A stretch of 64,000 bases of DNA from a virus (lineage: Duplodnaviria > Caudoviricetes), in the IMG/VR virus record IMGVR_UViG_3300026161_000447, positions 1 through 64,000 of that record; one strand, written 5' to 3'. Under the pieces are notes generated by a model. The model made no database searches. It had not been told where the DNA came from and saw nothing but the letters and a program-made list of their open reading frames with translations. Of the stretch, positions 1 to 9,200 are shown piece by piece. Each line of letters opens with the position of its first letter. Positions within the stretch are counted from its first letter, which is position 1. Made by a program: the position numbers and the translations under genes.

Positions 1-251
1 TCGTCGTCGTCGTCGTCGTCGTCCTTGCTCCTGCTCTTCACGAACCTCGAGAGTGCCGACTTGAACCCCTGCTCATCCCCGGCGTCCAGAGCGTTCATTG
101 CATCCTCGTCGTCGACGAGTCCCGCCATGTCCTCGGGCGTGAAGTTGCTCGGGATGGCTTTCTCGAGTATCTCCCTCTCCTCGTCACCCATGGCGTCGAT
201 CTGATGCGGCTTCATGCCGATGCCCTTCAGCAGCTTGTCAAGCAGACTCAT
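1..251 (-). CDS. Acidic head protein (scaffold or capsid leader), 3'-truncated by window edge
   Basis: Not in the ORF track. Read manually: GGAGG SD, ATG at 251, MSLLDKLLKGIGMKPHQIDAMGDEEREILEKAIP...FVKSRSKDDDDDDD, open to position 1. Lies downstream of the prohead protease. Confidence 0.7.
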   Translation of the reverse strand, partial: MSLLDKLLKGIGMKPHQIDAMGDEEREILEKAIPSNFTPEDMAGLVDDEDAMNALDAGDEQGFKSALSRFVKSRSKDDDDDDD

Positions 252-329
252 GGTCCTATCCCTCCATGGGGGTTGATTTCCCAACTCATCGGCCTCAGCA
301 CCCTCCACGCCGTCATCCCCCGCGCCAGC

Positions 330-509
330 TCAATCGTCCTCGGGCTTCCGGCCCTCCCTTCGCCTTGCATACGCGGCAAGTGCCGACCGCCCACGGCGTC
401 TGCGTCGCCGGCGCTTGCCGGTCTCCGTCTGTGTGGCGCGCCCACCGGTGAACTCGGCGGCGTCTACCCCCGTGCCGGCGGCGAACATGGACTTGAGCAC
501 GCTCGCCAT
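330..509 (-). CDS. Small Arg-rich peptide (59 aa)
   Basis: ATG overlaps the protease stop (TGATG). Sequence MASVLKSMFAAGTGVDAAEFTGGRATQTETGKRRRRRRRGR... Confidence 0.55.
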   Translation of the reverse strand: MASVLKSMFAAGTGVDAAEFTGGRATQTETGKRRRRRRRGRSALAAYARRREGRKPEDD

Positions 510-1270
510 CACAACCACCCGTTCTCGTGCAGTGCTTGGCGCAACCGACCCGAGGGCGGGGCATTGCGGGGACCGAATGCCGCCCTGCCCAGCGCCTCGA
601 ACAGCGCCTTGCTGACCGTGACCCTGTCGTTCTCCACTGTCTGCGGTAGACCGGGGGCGATGAGGATCTCCGGCTCCTGCGGAAGGTCTTGCAGCATCTC
701 CGGCAGGGCCTCGTCGGAGATGCCGATCTGCTCCAAGGCCGCGGAGATGCTCTTGGTGATGAGGCGGCAGACGGAGTTGGCGTTGACAGGCTGGGGTGTG
801 ATGGCGATGCGGTTGACAAACATGCTGTCGAGCTCGCCTGTGCTCTTCCGCATAGCAATGCCGTCCAGGGAGTAGCCCAGGCGGGCTCTGCTGCGGAACC
901 GCCTGTGGGCGATGACGAGGTCCTGGTGGTTGTCCTCTCCTTCTAGCAGCGGATAGACGGTGCCCCAGACGGCGGTGCCGCCCTTCTCGATGCGGGTGTC
1001 GAAGCGTTCCGCCGCCTGCTGGGGCGTGACATACTCCACGCCCAGGACCTCGCCGATGTCTTCCGGGCGATGGTCCCAGTTGAACTTGCCGTAGCGGCTG
1101 AGGTACGGGTAGCTCTTCATCAGCAACTGCTGCGAGATGCTGTCGGCTTCGAGGTCCAGGCTCTCGTCGCTGGCAATGCCGTGGTGCCTCAGCTCCCCGG
1201 TATCCATGTCTGGCATGGACTTGATGATGGGAACAATCAGCCGGAAGGCCGTACTGGGCATGGGTCTCAC
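509..1270 (-). CDS. Prohead (capsid maturation) protease, HK97/herpes-assemblin-like fold
   Basis: ASDESLDLEADSI, FNWDH (His), GYSLDG (Ser) and IAITPQPVN match the usual motif order. Located in the head operon. Confidence 0.8.
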   Translation of the reverse strand: MRPMPSTAFRLIVPIIKSMPDMDTGELRHHGIASDESLDLEADSISQQLLMKSYPYLSRYGKFNWDHRPEDIGEVLGVEYVTPQQAAERFDTRIEKGGTAVWGTVYPLLEGEDNHQDLVIAHRRFRSRARLGYSLDGIAMRKSTGELDSMFVNRIAITPQPVNANSVCRLITKSISAALEQIGISDEALPEMLQDLPQEPEILIAPGLPQTVENDRVTVSKALFEALGRAAFGPRNAPPSGRLRQALHENGWL

Positions 1271-1285
1271 CTACCCCGGAATCGA

Positions 1286-1315
1286 GAAAGCCCCGCCTGG
1301 GTAGGCGGGGCTTTC
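1286..1315 (-). terminator. Intrinsic terminator-like hairpin
   Basis: Perfect 13-bp stem GAAAGCCCCGCCT/AGGCGGGGCTTTC with a 4-nt loop. Intergenic, T-rich exit on the minus strand. Confidence 0.65.
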
Positions 1316-1337
1316 AGTCGGTCGTGTGCTGTTATGT

Positions 1338-1649
1338 CTACTGCTCGGCGTCGCCGAGCGCCTTCTCCGCCCTCAACTGCCCGAGCTCGGCGTCGCCCAC
1401 CGTCTCGACGGCGCGCTTGTAGATGCGAGCATAGCGTTCCATGCGCTCGTCGTCTGGCATGCCGGCGTCCACCCACTTCTGCAGGACGGGCTCGAGTTTC
1501 TTCATGAGTGCCCGGGCCTTGGCGGCCTTGGCGGCGCCGTCCTTCGCGATCTGCTGCAGGTTCTGCGTTGCGCGCTCAGCCAGCGCCGCATGCCTGGCGA
1601 GTTCCTGATGGAGCCGCTGAGGAACGCCTTTCAGGTCTGCAGTTGCCAC
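1338..1649 (-). CDS. Hypothetical helical protein (103 aa)
   Basis: Start overlaps the stop of the SNF2 gene. Sequence looks amphipathic-helical. Confidence 0.7.
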   Translation of the reverse strand: MATADLKGVPQRLHQELARHAALAERATQNLQQIAKDGAAKAAKARALMKKLEPVLQKWVDAGMPDDERMERYARIYKRAVETVGDAELGQLRAEKALGDAEQ

Positions 1650-4600
1650 TAGGCTCCCCCCAGATGTTCGGCGAAGATGCTGTAGAGCCCAGACTCATCG
1701 AGAGCGACAAGGGACTGCGTAAGGTCCTGTTGCTTCTTCTTGCTCTCGATGCGCTCCTGGGCCGTCTTCTCGTAGGGCGTGTTCGTCCGTATGTTGTAGA
1801 CGGTCACGTCCCGCGTCTGCCCGTTGCGGAATTCTCTGGCGATGCGCTGTCGGTGGCAGGCGTAGGTATCCGTGGCGTCCCAGTTGACGAGGACACTGGC
1901 GCCCTGCATGTTCAGCCCGAAGTTCGCGGCGTCACTGCAGATCACGTGCTTGATCGGCGAGTTCGGGTCGGCAAGCTGCTTGGCGATGGCATTGCGCTTG
2001 GCCGATGGCACGCTGGCGTCGATGACTGCGTACTCCCCCTCTTGCAGGCCGAGGCCGTCAATGATGGTCTTGTGGGAGTAGCCGTTGTGGGCAAAGATCA
2101 CCGCCCGCTCCCCGGGGTGGTTCGCCAGTGCGTCCCGCAAGAGCCCGACCTTCGGGTGGTCGGTGGTCTCGAGGTTGTTGACGGTGCGCTTGTGCTCCTG
2201 GTCGCGCGCCAGTGGGTTGACCTTCTGGCCGGCCTTGCGGGCGTCGAGGTAGGCCTTCTCCGTCGTCCGGTAGGCCTCGGCCTGCTGTGGGCTCAGGTCG
2301 GCGGTGAGTGTGTGCTCCCGGCAGCGGATAGGCTCGGCGCCGGCCTTCCCCGGCCGCAGCTCAAAGACCGTCTTCCCGCCCTCGTCCTTCTCGATGCTCA
2401 GTGTGATACCCGTGGCTACCCCTGACAGCCGCTGCTGCAGGGAGCGCTTGAGGCCCTCGTCAAACATGCCGCGGCTGGTGGCCAGCTTGCCGTAGCGGGC
2501 CATGAATTCCTTGCGCGTGCCGAGACACCCGGGCTGCAGCCAGTCGGCCAGCGAGTGCAGCTCGCTCAAGTCGTTCTTCACCGGCGTGCCGGTGTTATGC
2601 ACAACCAGACCGTTGGCGACGAAAGTCTCTGAGTGCCGAACTGACAGGTCATAGACCGTTGTCTCATGACATTCCTCGATCTCTCTGACGGGGACGGCAA
2701 TGGCCCCCTGTACAGGAGATGACGTGCACAGGAGATAGCTCACCGTGGCCTGACTGATCCCGAGCAGCTCAGCGGCAGTCTTCTGTGTCCCCCCACTCTC
2801 GATATGATCTATCGCCGCTTGTCTTCGCTCTCGCGACCGTTCGACGCGGTTCTGCTGTCGGTCGCCAGCACATGGCAAATGGAAGACAAGCCTGTGCGAT
2901 GGCCGGTGGTTGCGGAACGCTGGGCGCGCGTCTTCTCCGTGTCTGCTCTCGTAGTACCGACCGTACTGACCAAATGCCTTGAGGAGTTCCCTGATGTCCC
3001 ATGTTAGCATCTTGCTGGTCGTCGTGTAGGTGATTGCTCCGGGTTCGCGTTCCTCGTAGTGTCCATCGCTATCAGCCAGCCCGCGGAGAACCAGCGACTT
3101 AGCCTCATTGCTCCACGAGAAGACCTCTGGAGGAAGCCGCTTGGTATGCGCGCGCTGCCCGCCAAACCATCCCCAGAAAAGGTCGCCAAGTGGCCGGCTA
3201 CTGATCCTGATGTTCACGCAACCCCGGAATGGTCGAGTGTCATATGAGAGGTCAAAGTGCTCCTTGAGCCCATCCAGGTACTGCGTGGCGTCCTGGATGT
3301 CCTTGGTGGCCACAGCAATACCAAGGCGCCGGTCCTTGCCTATCCATCCATCGCCAGCGACCAATCCAACCAGGTAGGCGATAGCAGTCACCGGGACTAT
3401 GCACCGAGCCGAGTGGTTCCCTTTGCCGCGAGTTGACGCAACGCGCCCCGGGATGATCTGCGGGGCTAGATCGGAGGCTCTAGACAACGGGAGGTACGGA
3501 CCCGCCGGGCTCTGGTTCAGGTAGTTGTACCGCCTCCAACCCTTCTCGTGAGCATTGATCGCATCTGCGTAGTCACCATAGGCCGTGTACTTCTCGTGAG
3601 GCAGATGCTCCCTCAGGTCCAAGCAGGAGACTCCCTCGTCATCCATTGACGTGTCCAGTAGCAGCTTGTCGCCCTTCTGCACATCCGATCCGTTGACCAG
3701 AAGCACATCACGGCCACGAACCACATAGACCGAGTGGTCTTCAGTGACTGTGATCGAGTGCCCGTAGCGGGTGCTGATTCTGAACGTGCGCTTCCTGCAA
3801 GCGTACTTCTGGATCGCGTAGACGGGAGCCCAACACATGGCCTGGGTGGCAGGGTCATAGGAGCGGACCTCGCACAGGTCATCCTCGATGATCTGGTCGT
3901 GACGCATACCGAATCTGGATGCCATGTCCTCGATGCTGATGACTTCGTGGGTGCCGTCCGGCCATCGAACATGGAGCACCGAGTCACCGGCCACGCTCAT
4001 GAGCATCTTGTAAGGCATGTCTAGCTCGCGGGCCTTCTGCGATCTTAGGCTGCCCTTCGTGTCGTTGGCTTTGCCGCGGGTCGTGAAGTAGTGCGCCTCG
4101 TCGACGGCCATGCAGTCAAAGCCCGCGGCCTTGATGGCCTCGAAGTCATTGCGGAGGGCGTCATGGGTGATGACCGTGATGAGCTGGTCACCGGCGTAGG
4201 CGGCGTTCCTCTTCTCTTTGCTCATGCCGGAGGCAATGACGTAGTTCCCTTGGTGCTCGGGAGCTAGGAACTTCTTGATCTCGTCGCCGAACTGGGCGCC
4301 AACGGTCGCCGGCACTACGACCAGCGCCTTCTTGACCTTGCCCTGCGCGGCCAGGTGGCTGATACCACACAAGGCGACGGCTGTCTTGCCCGACCCCGCT
4401 TCGTCCGTGACGAGGATGTTCTTCTGCCGGTCCCAGAGCTTGATGTTCCCTTGCTGGTGGGGCTGGAGGATGATGTCGTCGCTTTGGCCCTCCACCGACC
4501 ACGGATTGCCCTGCTCGTCCTCCCAGCCTTCGTCCCACGACCGGCGCTTGATCTCCTGCACCTCGGCGTCGGCCTGGTATTGCTCGATGTCCTGCTCGTG

Positions 4601-6295
4601 GTACAGGTCGCGAATACCCTCGGGCGTGATGTGCAGCTCCCAGCCGCTTTCGCCCTTGCGAACGCTGTGCGTGAGGCGGTCGGCGGTGTTGACAAGCCCG
4701 AGCTCGCGGGCCTTGTCCCGCGTTCCGGCCTCCGATGACCGCCCGGGGACAACGAGCTTCGCCGGTGTTCCGCGCTCCAGGTGCAGGGCCACCTGGGCGG
4801 CGGTCTCGAGACTGCCCAGTGCGCGGCCGAGGATGCGGTCGGCTTCGTTTCGATACTGCAGGACCTTGGCATTCGCCTGCGCGGCGTTCAGTAGCCCCTG
4901 GCCTTTGGCGGCCTCGATCATGGCGTCGGCGCGGTCTGCCAGTTCCATGCTGGCCTTCACCGCCGCCCCCGCTGTGGCGGCGCTTTGGGTGCCGATGAAC
5001 TCCCGGAGGGCCGCGGCCGCCTTGTCGGGCGAACCCGTCTTCTCCGCGATGTACTGGGCGATCACCTGTGCGGCGCCCGCGGTACCCAGCTCCTGTGCAG
5101 TCTTCGAGTCGAGGACCGTACTGCCGCAGGCCGCGGCGGCAAGGCCCGCCCCGGCGTCGGCGGCCCCCTGCAGGACGTGCTTGGTCATGGCGCTATTGGG
5201 GTCGCTCGTGGCGTCCAGGAGCGCCTTGTTCGCCCTGATCTTCTCGGCCTCCAGGTGCCGGTCCGCGAAGTACTGCGACTGCTCTTCCGCCGACAGCGGC
5301 TTGTAGTGCAGCTCCAGCGCGCGGGCCGCGGCTTCCCCACCCTTGTTCAGCGCGCGCTTCAGGCTGCGCTCGTGGCCGATGGCGTTGGCCTCCTCAGCTA
5401 CAAGGCTCTTGATCTCCGTGAACTGCTCGGGGGTCAACGGCAGCTTGGCCGGCTTGGACTTGCCGTCTCCTGCGGCGGAGACGGTGGGGGGCTCGGCGGG
5501 CTGGCCGGTCAGCGCCTCGATGCCGGCCGCCTCGTTGACCTGGGAGATGGCGTCGTCGATGGCCTTGTCCGCCGCTTCCTTGCGGCGTTGCTCGTGCTGT
5601 TTGAGTGCCTGCTGGACGAAGTCCTTCTGGCCCGCCTCGCTGGTGTTCAGGCGCTTTGCTTCCGCTATCGCCTTGGCCTCCAGCTCCTTGCGCTCGTCCT
5701 CGCTGATGTCGGGAACGCCGCCAATGATCTCGCTGACTCGCTCCCGCAGTTCACGCTTCGCCTTCTTTGTCTGATCGGTGGCCTCGGCGAGCTTGGCCTC
5801 CTGCTTCGCCCGCTCCTCTTCCGACAGCTCCGGCTTCTTCCTCTTCTTACGGTCCTTCTTTGCTTCGTCCGCGTCCTTATTGTCCTTCTTGAAGCGGGTG
5901 AAGTTCATGCTGCCGCCGGCGCCCCCGACGACTACGTACTCATCACCCAGGTCCTGCACAAGCACCGGCTTGCCGGGTTCGGCGTTGTTCGGGTGTACGG
6001 TGACCCACTTCAAGCCCATCTCGCGGATCTCGGTGTTCGTGAAGTGAGGCTTGACTTTCTTGATGGGGTCGGCCTTGAGCAGTCGTTCCGGCATGGGCTC
6101 GTTGGGGACGTACACGCCGTAGGTGTCGGCTATCGTCTCGCAGAAGCGGGCGGCCTTGCGGACACGGCGCGGGATAGCCGGTCGCCCCTTCCTCACCTGC
6201 TCCGGCAGCAGACCCGTGGCCTTCCCCAGGCCGACGAGGTATTTGATGAACTGCCGGTCGCTGGCCGTCAGGCCGAGTAGATCGCGTTCGCTCAC
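1649..6295 (-). CDS. Large SNF2-family helicase-like protein with an intein, encoded in the head operon
   Basis: GTG start at 6295 overlaps the upstream stop (GTGA); the track start at 6550 is an overextension. Motifs: LQPHQ, DEAGSGKT (Walker A), AVDEAH (Walker B), MLM/TGTP (motif III, split by the intein), DAANFGLNMQ and RQRIAREFRNGQ. Confidence 0.9.
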   Translation of the reverse strand: MSERDLLGLTASDRQFIKYLVGLGKATGLLPEQVRKGRPAIPRRVRKAARFCETIADTYGVYVPNEPMPERLLKADPIKKVKPHFTNTEIREMGLKWVTVHPNNAEPGKPVLVQDLGDEYVVVGGAGGSMNFTRFKKDNKDADEAKKDRKKRKKPELSEEERAKQEAKLAEATDQTKKAKRELRERVSEIIGGVPDISEDERKELEAKAIAEAKRLNTSEAGQKDFVQQALKQHEQRRKEAADKAIDDAISQVNEAAGIEALTGQPAEPPTVSAAGDGKSKPAKLPLTPEQFTEIKSLVAEEANAIGHERSLKRALNKGGEAAARALELHYKPLSAEEQSQYFADRHLEAEKIRANKALLDATSDPNSAMTKHVLQGAADAGAGLAAAACGSTVLDSKTAQELGTAGAAQVIAQYIAEKTGSPDKAAAALREFIGTQSAATAGAAVKASMELADRADAMIEAAKGQGLLNAAQANAKVLQYRNEADRILGRALGSLETAAQVALHLERGTPAKLVVPGRSSEAGTRDKARELGLVNTADRLTHSVRKGESGWELHITPEGIRDLYHEQDIEQYQADAEVQEIKRRSWDEGWEDEQGNPWSVEGQSDDIILQPHQQGNIKLWDRQKNILVTDEAGSGKTAVALCGISHLAAQGKVKKALVVVPATVGAQFGDEIKKFLAPEHQGNYVIASGMSKEKRNAAYAGDQLITVITHDALRNDFEAIKAAGFDCMAVDEAHYFTTRGKANDTKGSLRSQKARELDMPYKMLMSVAGDSVLHVRWPDGTHEVISIEDMASRFGMRHDQIIEDDLCEVRSYDPATQAMCWAPVYAIQKYACRKRTFRISTRYGHSITVTEDHSVYVVRGRDVLLVNGSDVQKGDKLLLDTSMDDEGVSCLDLREHLPHEKYTAYGDYADAINAHEKGWRRYNYLNQSPAGPYLPLSRASDLAPQIIPGRVASTRGKGNHSARCIVPVTAIAYLVGLVAGDGWIGKDRRLGIAVATKDIQDATQYLDGLKEHFDLSYDTRPFRGCVNIRISSRPLGDLFWGWFGGQRAHTKRLPPEVFSWSNEAKSLVLRGLADSDGHYEEREPGAITYTTTSKMLTWDIRELLKAFGQYGRYYESRHGEDARPAFRNHRPSHRLVFHLPCAGDRQQNRVERSRERRQAAIDHIESGGTQKTAAELLGISQATVSYLLCTSSPVQGAIAVPVREIEECHETTVYDLSVRHSETFVANGLVVHNTGTPVKNDLSELHSLADWLQPGCLGTRKEFMARYGKLATSRGMFDEGLKRSLQQRLSGVATGITLSIEKDEGGKTVFELRPGKAGAEPIRCREHTLTADLSPQQAEAYRTTEKAYLDARKAGQKVNPLARDQEHKRTVNNLETTDHPKVGLLRDALANHPGERAVIFAHNGYSHKTIIDGLGLQEGEYAVIDASVPSAKRNAIAKQLADPNSPIKHVICSDAANFGLNMQGASVLVNWDATDTYACHRQRIAREFRNGQTRDVTVYNIRTNTPYEKTAQERIESKKKQQDLTQSLVALDESGLYSIFAEHLGGA
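2594..3997 (-). mobile_element. Intein (468 aa) with LAGLIDADG homing endonuclease and an extra HTH
   Basis: Begins SVAGDS, ends ANGLVVHN followed by Thr. Removal restores YKMLM-TGTPVKN. LAGLIDADG-like helices YLVGLVAGDG and LRGLADSDG. HTH-like TQKTAAELLGISQATVSYL. Confidence 0.92.
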
Positions 6296-9200
6296 TGTGC
6301 ATTCCCCCCGAAGGCCAGCAAGAAGCTCTTGCCCATGTTCCTGGCGGTCTTCCAGGGGTCGATGGACAGGCGGCCGCCGTTGGCCTCGAAGTCGTCTATC
6401 ACCGCGGGCAGGATGTAGCTCTGGCGGCAGACGGCGGGTGTGTGCCCGAGGCGTTCGGCGGTGGCGGCGACAGCCTGCTTCACTCGCTGCTTGATCTCCT
6501 TCTTGGCCAGGGGCTGCCGGCTGCTGAGGCGCTTGAGCTCCTCGAAGCACAGGCGCGTCGCGTGGTAGGTGCGGAAGTCCTTGGCCGAGACCCCGTAGTC
6601 TCGGAGCCAGTCGTTGACGTGGTTGGCGCGGATCGGGTACTGACGGCCATCCCGGTGGTACCAGAACAGACGGTCACCCGGCGCGTCGCTTGCGAGGTGG
6701 GCGATGAAGTCCGCGAGGTCAGGGTCGGTGGTTGCCGTATCCCATGGCACCTGCTTCTTGCCCGTGAACTGGAAGCGGATCGTGGCGCCATCCACGGTCA
6801 CATGCTCGGGGCTCAGGGTCGTCACGCCGTAGGTGCCGTGCTTCTCCGCGTACTCATCGGTGCCGATACGAAAGCAGCAGCGGTCGATCAGTGCGACGAT
6901 GGCAGCCACGACCTTGCTCTGGGGGGTGTCCCCCTGCGCCAGATCGGACTTGACGGCCTCGACGATGCGGGGTAGCTGCTTCGCGAGGTGTGCGACGCGC
7001 CGGAACTTCTCGGCCTTGGCCGCCGCGAGCGTCTCCTCGTCGTACTGGTACTGCACATTACCCTTCGGGGTCGTGACCTTCGCGACGGCCTTTGACCGCT
7101 GCGCGCGATACGCTGGCTGGACGCGCACGCCAGTCCTGGTTCGCTGAGTGCTGCCGCGGACCGAGGTGGTGTCGGTGGCCTTCTGCAGGGCCGACAGGGC
7201 CTTCTGCAGCGTGTCGCCGGCCCGCACGGCCGCGAACAGCTCGTCGAACGCGGCCTTCAGCAGCTTGCGTTCCTCACCCCTCGGGTAAGGTCGCAGTTCC
7301 GCGTCACTGTCCTTCCCTACGTATACTAGGTAGTTGTTCTCCCTGCGCTTCTCTTTCATCAGGTCTAGCAGGTAGGTCTCAAAGGCCCGGGCGAACATCT
7401 CGTGGGGCCGGGTCCAGTAGCCCTTTGCCTTCCCGCCCTGTTGGATGATTGATGCGGAGTAGAACTGCGAGTCAGAGCTGGACACCGTGACGGACTTGGC
7501 CTTGGTCTTCTTGCAGATGTAGTTCACCATCTGCTGCCGTGCCTCATCGGTGAAGCGGTAGCGTTTGTCGATGAGATCGACGGCGGCCTGGGCATTGTTG
7601 CCAGCACTCTTCAGGTAGTAGTCGTAGGTCCCGTGCTTCTCTGGAACCTCGGCATCTGTCGGCTTGAGTTCAACGCGACCGGTACCGTGGTAGATCAGCT
7701 TCATGACCTTGCCGCAGGCATCGAGCACAGGCGTCGCGCCCCGGGAATGCGAGAGGTACTGTCCATTGGTCCCAGTCTCGAACTGGCCCACAATGTGGTC
7801 GAAGAAGTGGGCCCACTCATGGCCGAGGGTCCCCGCACCACCCATCTTCGTGAGGTTGATGACGACCTTTCCCGGCTCATAGTGCGCAGCGGCTTTGCCG
7901 GTCCCGCGGGCCCCGAACGCCAGGGCTAGCCGGCCGTTCAATGAGAGGTCAGTGGCGGAGATTCCCAGCAGATCGGCCATGTCCTGGAAGGCCTCTGCAC
8001 ACCGGTCTACATGGATACGGGAAGCATCATGGTCCATCCAGTTCCCGAACTCGACCCCTCGCAGGCCAAACCGCTTGAGGTAGTCATCGGGGCGGCGAAT
8101 GTGGATGGCCTTGCCGCCCTTGCGCTCATACCCCGTGGGTACTGTGCGCTCCCATCGCTGCTGGGTCTCGGTGACCTCCTCAGCCGACTTCGTGCGCTGC
8201 TTGGGCACGAACTTCCCGTCGACAACCTTCCCCGCCCATTCCTCGGCTCGTGCCGCAGCTTCCTCGGGGGTGAGCTGGCGGTGCTTGCCGTCTATCGTGC
8301 CGTAGGCGTGGAAGTCCTGACCGTCTTCTGCCGACACGTAGGTGTGTTTCCAACTGTAGAAGGTCAGGTCCCGCTTAGCCTTGCCGTCCAGCCACTTCAG
8401 CAGGACGGGGGTATGGACTAGGGCCGTGGCCAGAGCGACTTGGTATTCAGTCGGTGGCGGAGGAGGCTCCTTGATGAACTGCGCCCCAGCCGCTTTCCAC
8501 TTCTCGTAATGGACCCATTTCGAGGTTGCCCTCAGTTCCTGGGAGATGCCCTCCAGGCGCTCCCTCAGCTCCTTGCTGGACGTGGCCCCCTCCACGAAGT
8601 CGCGTAGCATCGTGACCGCGCGGAAGTAGTTGAGCCGGTCGGAAGCCGACAAAGAGTCGAACTTCGCGGGTATGCAGCTATAGACAGTCATGGCGCCCAT
8701 GATGAACACGTTCGACCGCCCGGCTGCACGCATGCTCTCCACGGTTGGCGCCGGCCAGATCGTGGCGCGGTTGCAGGTGCGTCGCGCTGCGTCGGGGTCC
8801 TCGGATTCCAGCTTCTTGAGGTTAGCCTCAGTCGGGTTGTTGGCGAAGCGATCTCGGGCATTGGCGATGTCCTTGCGGGCGCCGCCGATCTTCTCGCCAA
8901 CGTCCTTGTAGGTCCGCTCCGACTTGCCCGTGGCTTTGACGGCCATGCGCTCTGCTAAGGCATTGAGGGCGTCGGCCATGCTCGCGAACTCGCCCAGGCG
9001 AGAGTAGCGTGACTGCCCCTCGGGCCGCACGCGCACGAGGTACTTGGCGCCGGGCTTTGTGATCTCCGCTTGCCCGGACTCGAGCAGCTTGTGGATGCGA
9101 TCCATCTGCCGCTGCGTGAGCCCGGCTGTGTTGCGGACCTTGACGGCGTCTGCCTTCGGCGCCGCCTTCTTCCTCGTCTCTGTGTGTGCTGGTTGCACGA

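Noticed and set aside
1-23. (TCG)n microsatellite
   Set aside because: Encodes a poly-Asp run in the minus-strand head protein.
249-332. The TGA of the 59-aa peptide is in frame with the next gene, suggesting readthrough or recoding
   Set aside because: The next gene has its own GGAGG SD and ATG. TGA is used as an ordinary stop throughout the window, and a 1-in-3 frame coincidence suffices.
6296-6550. ORF-track N-terminal extensions (also 18046-18513, 20162-20284, 52190-52378)
   Set aside because: They overlap upstream genes in another frame. Coupled starts with SDs lie downstream.
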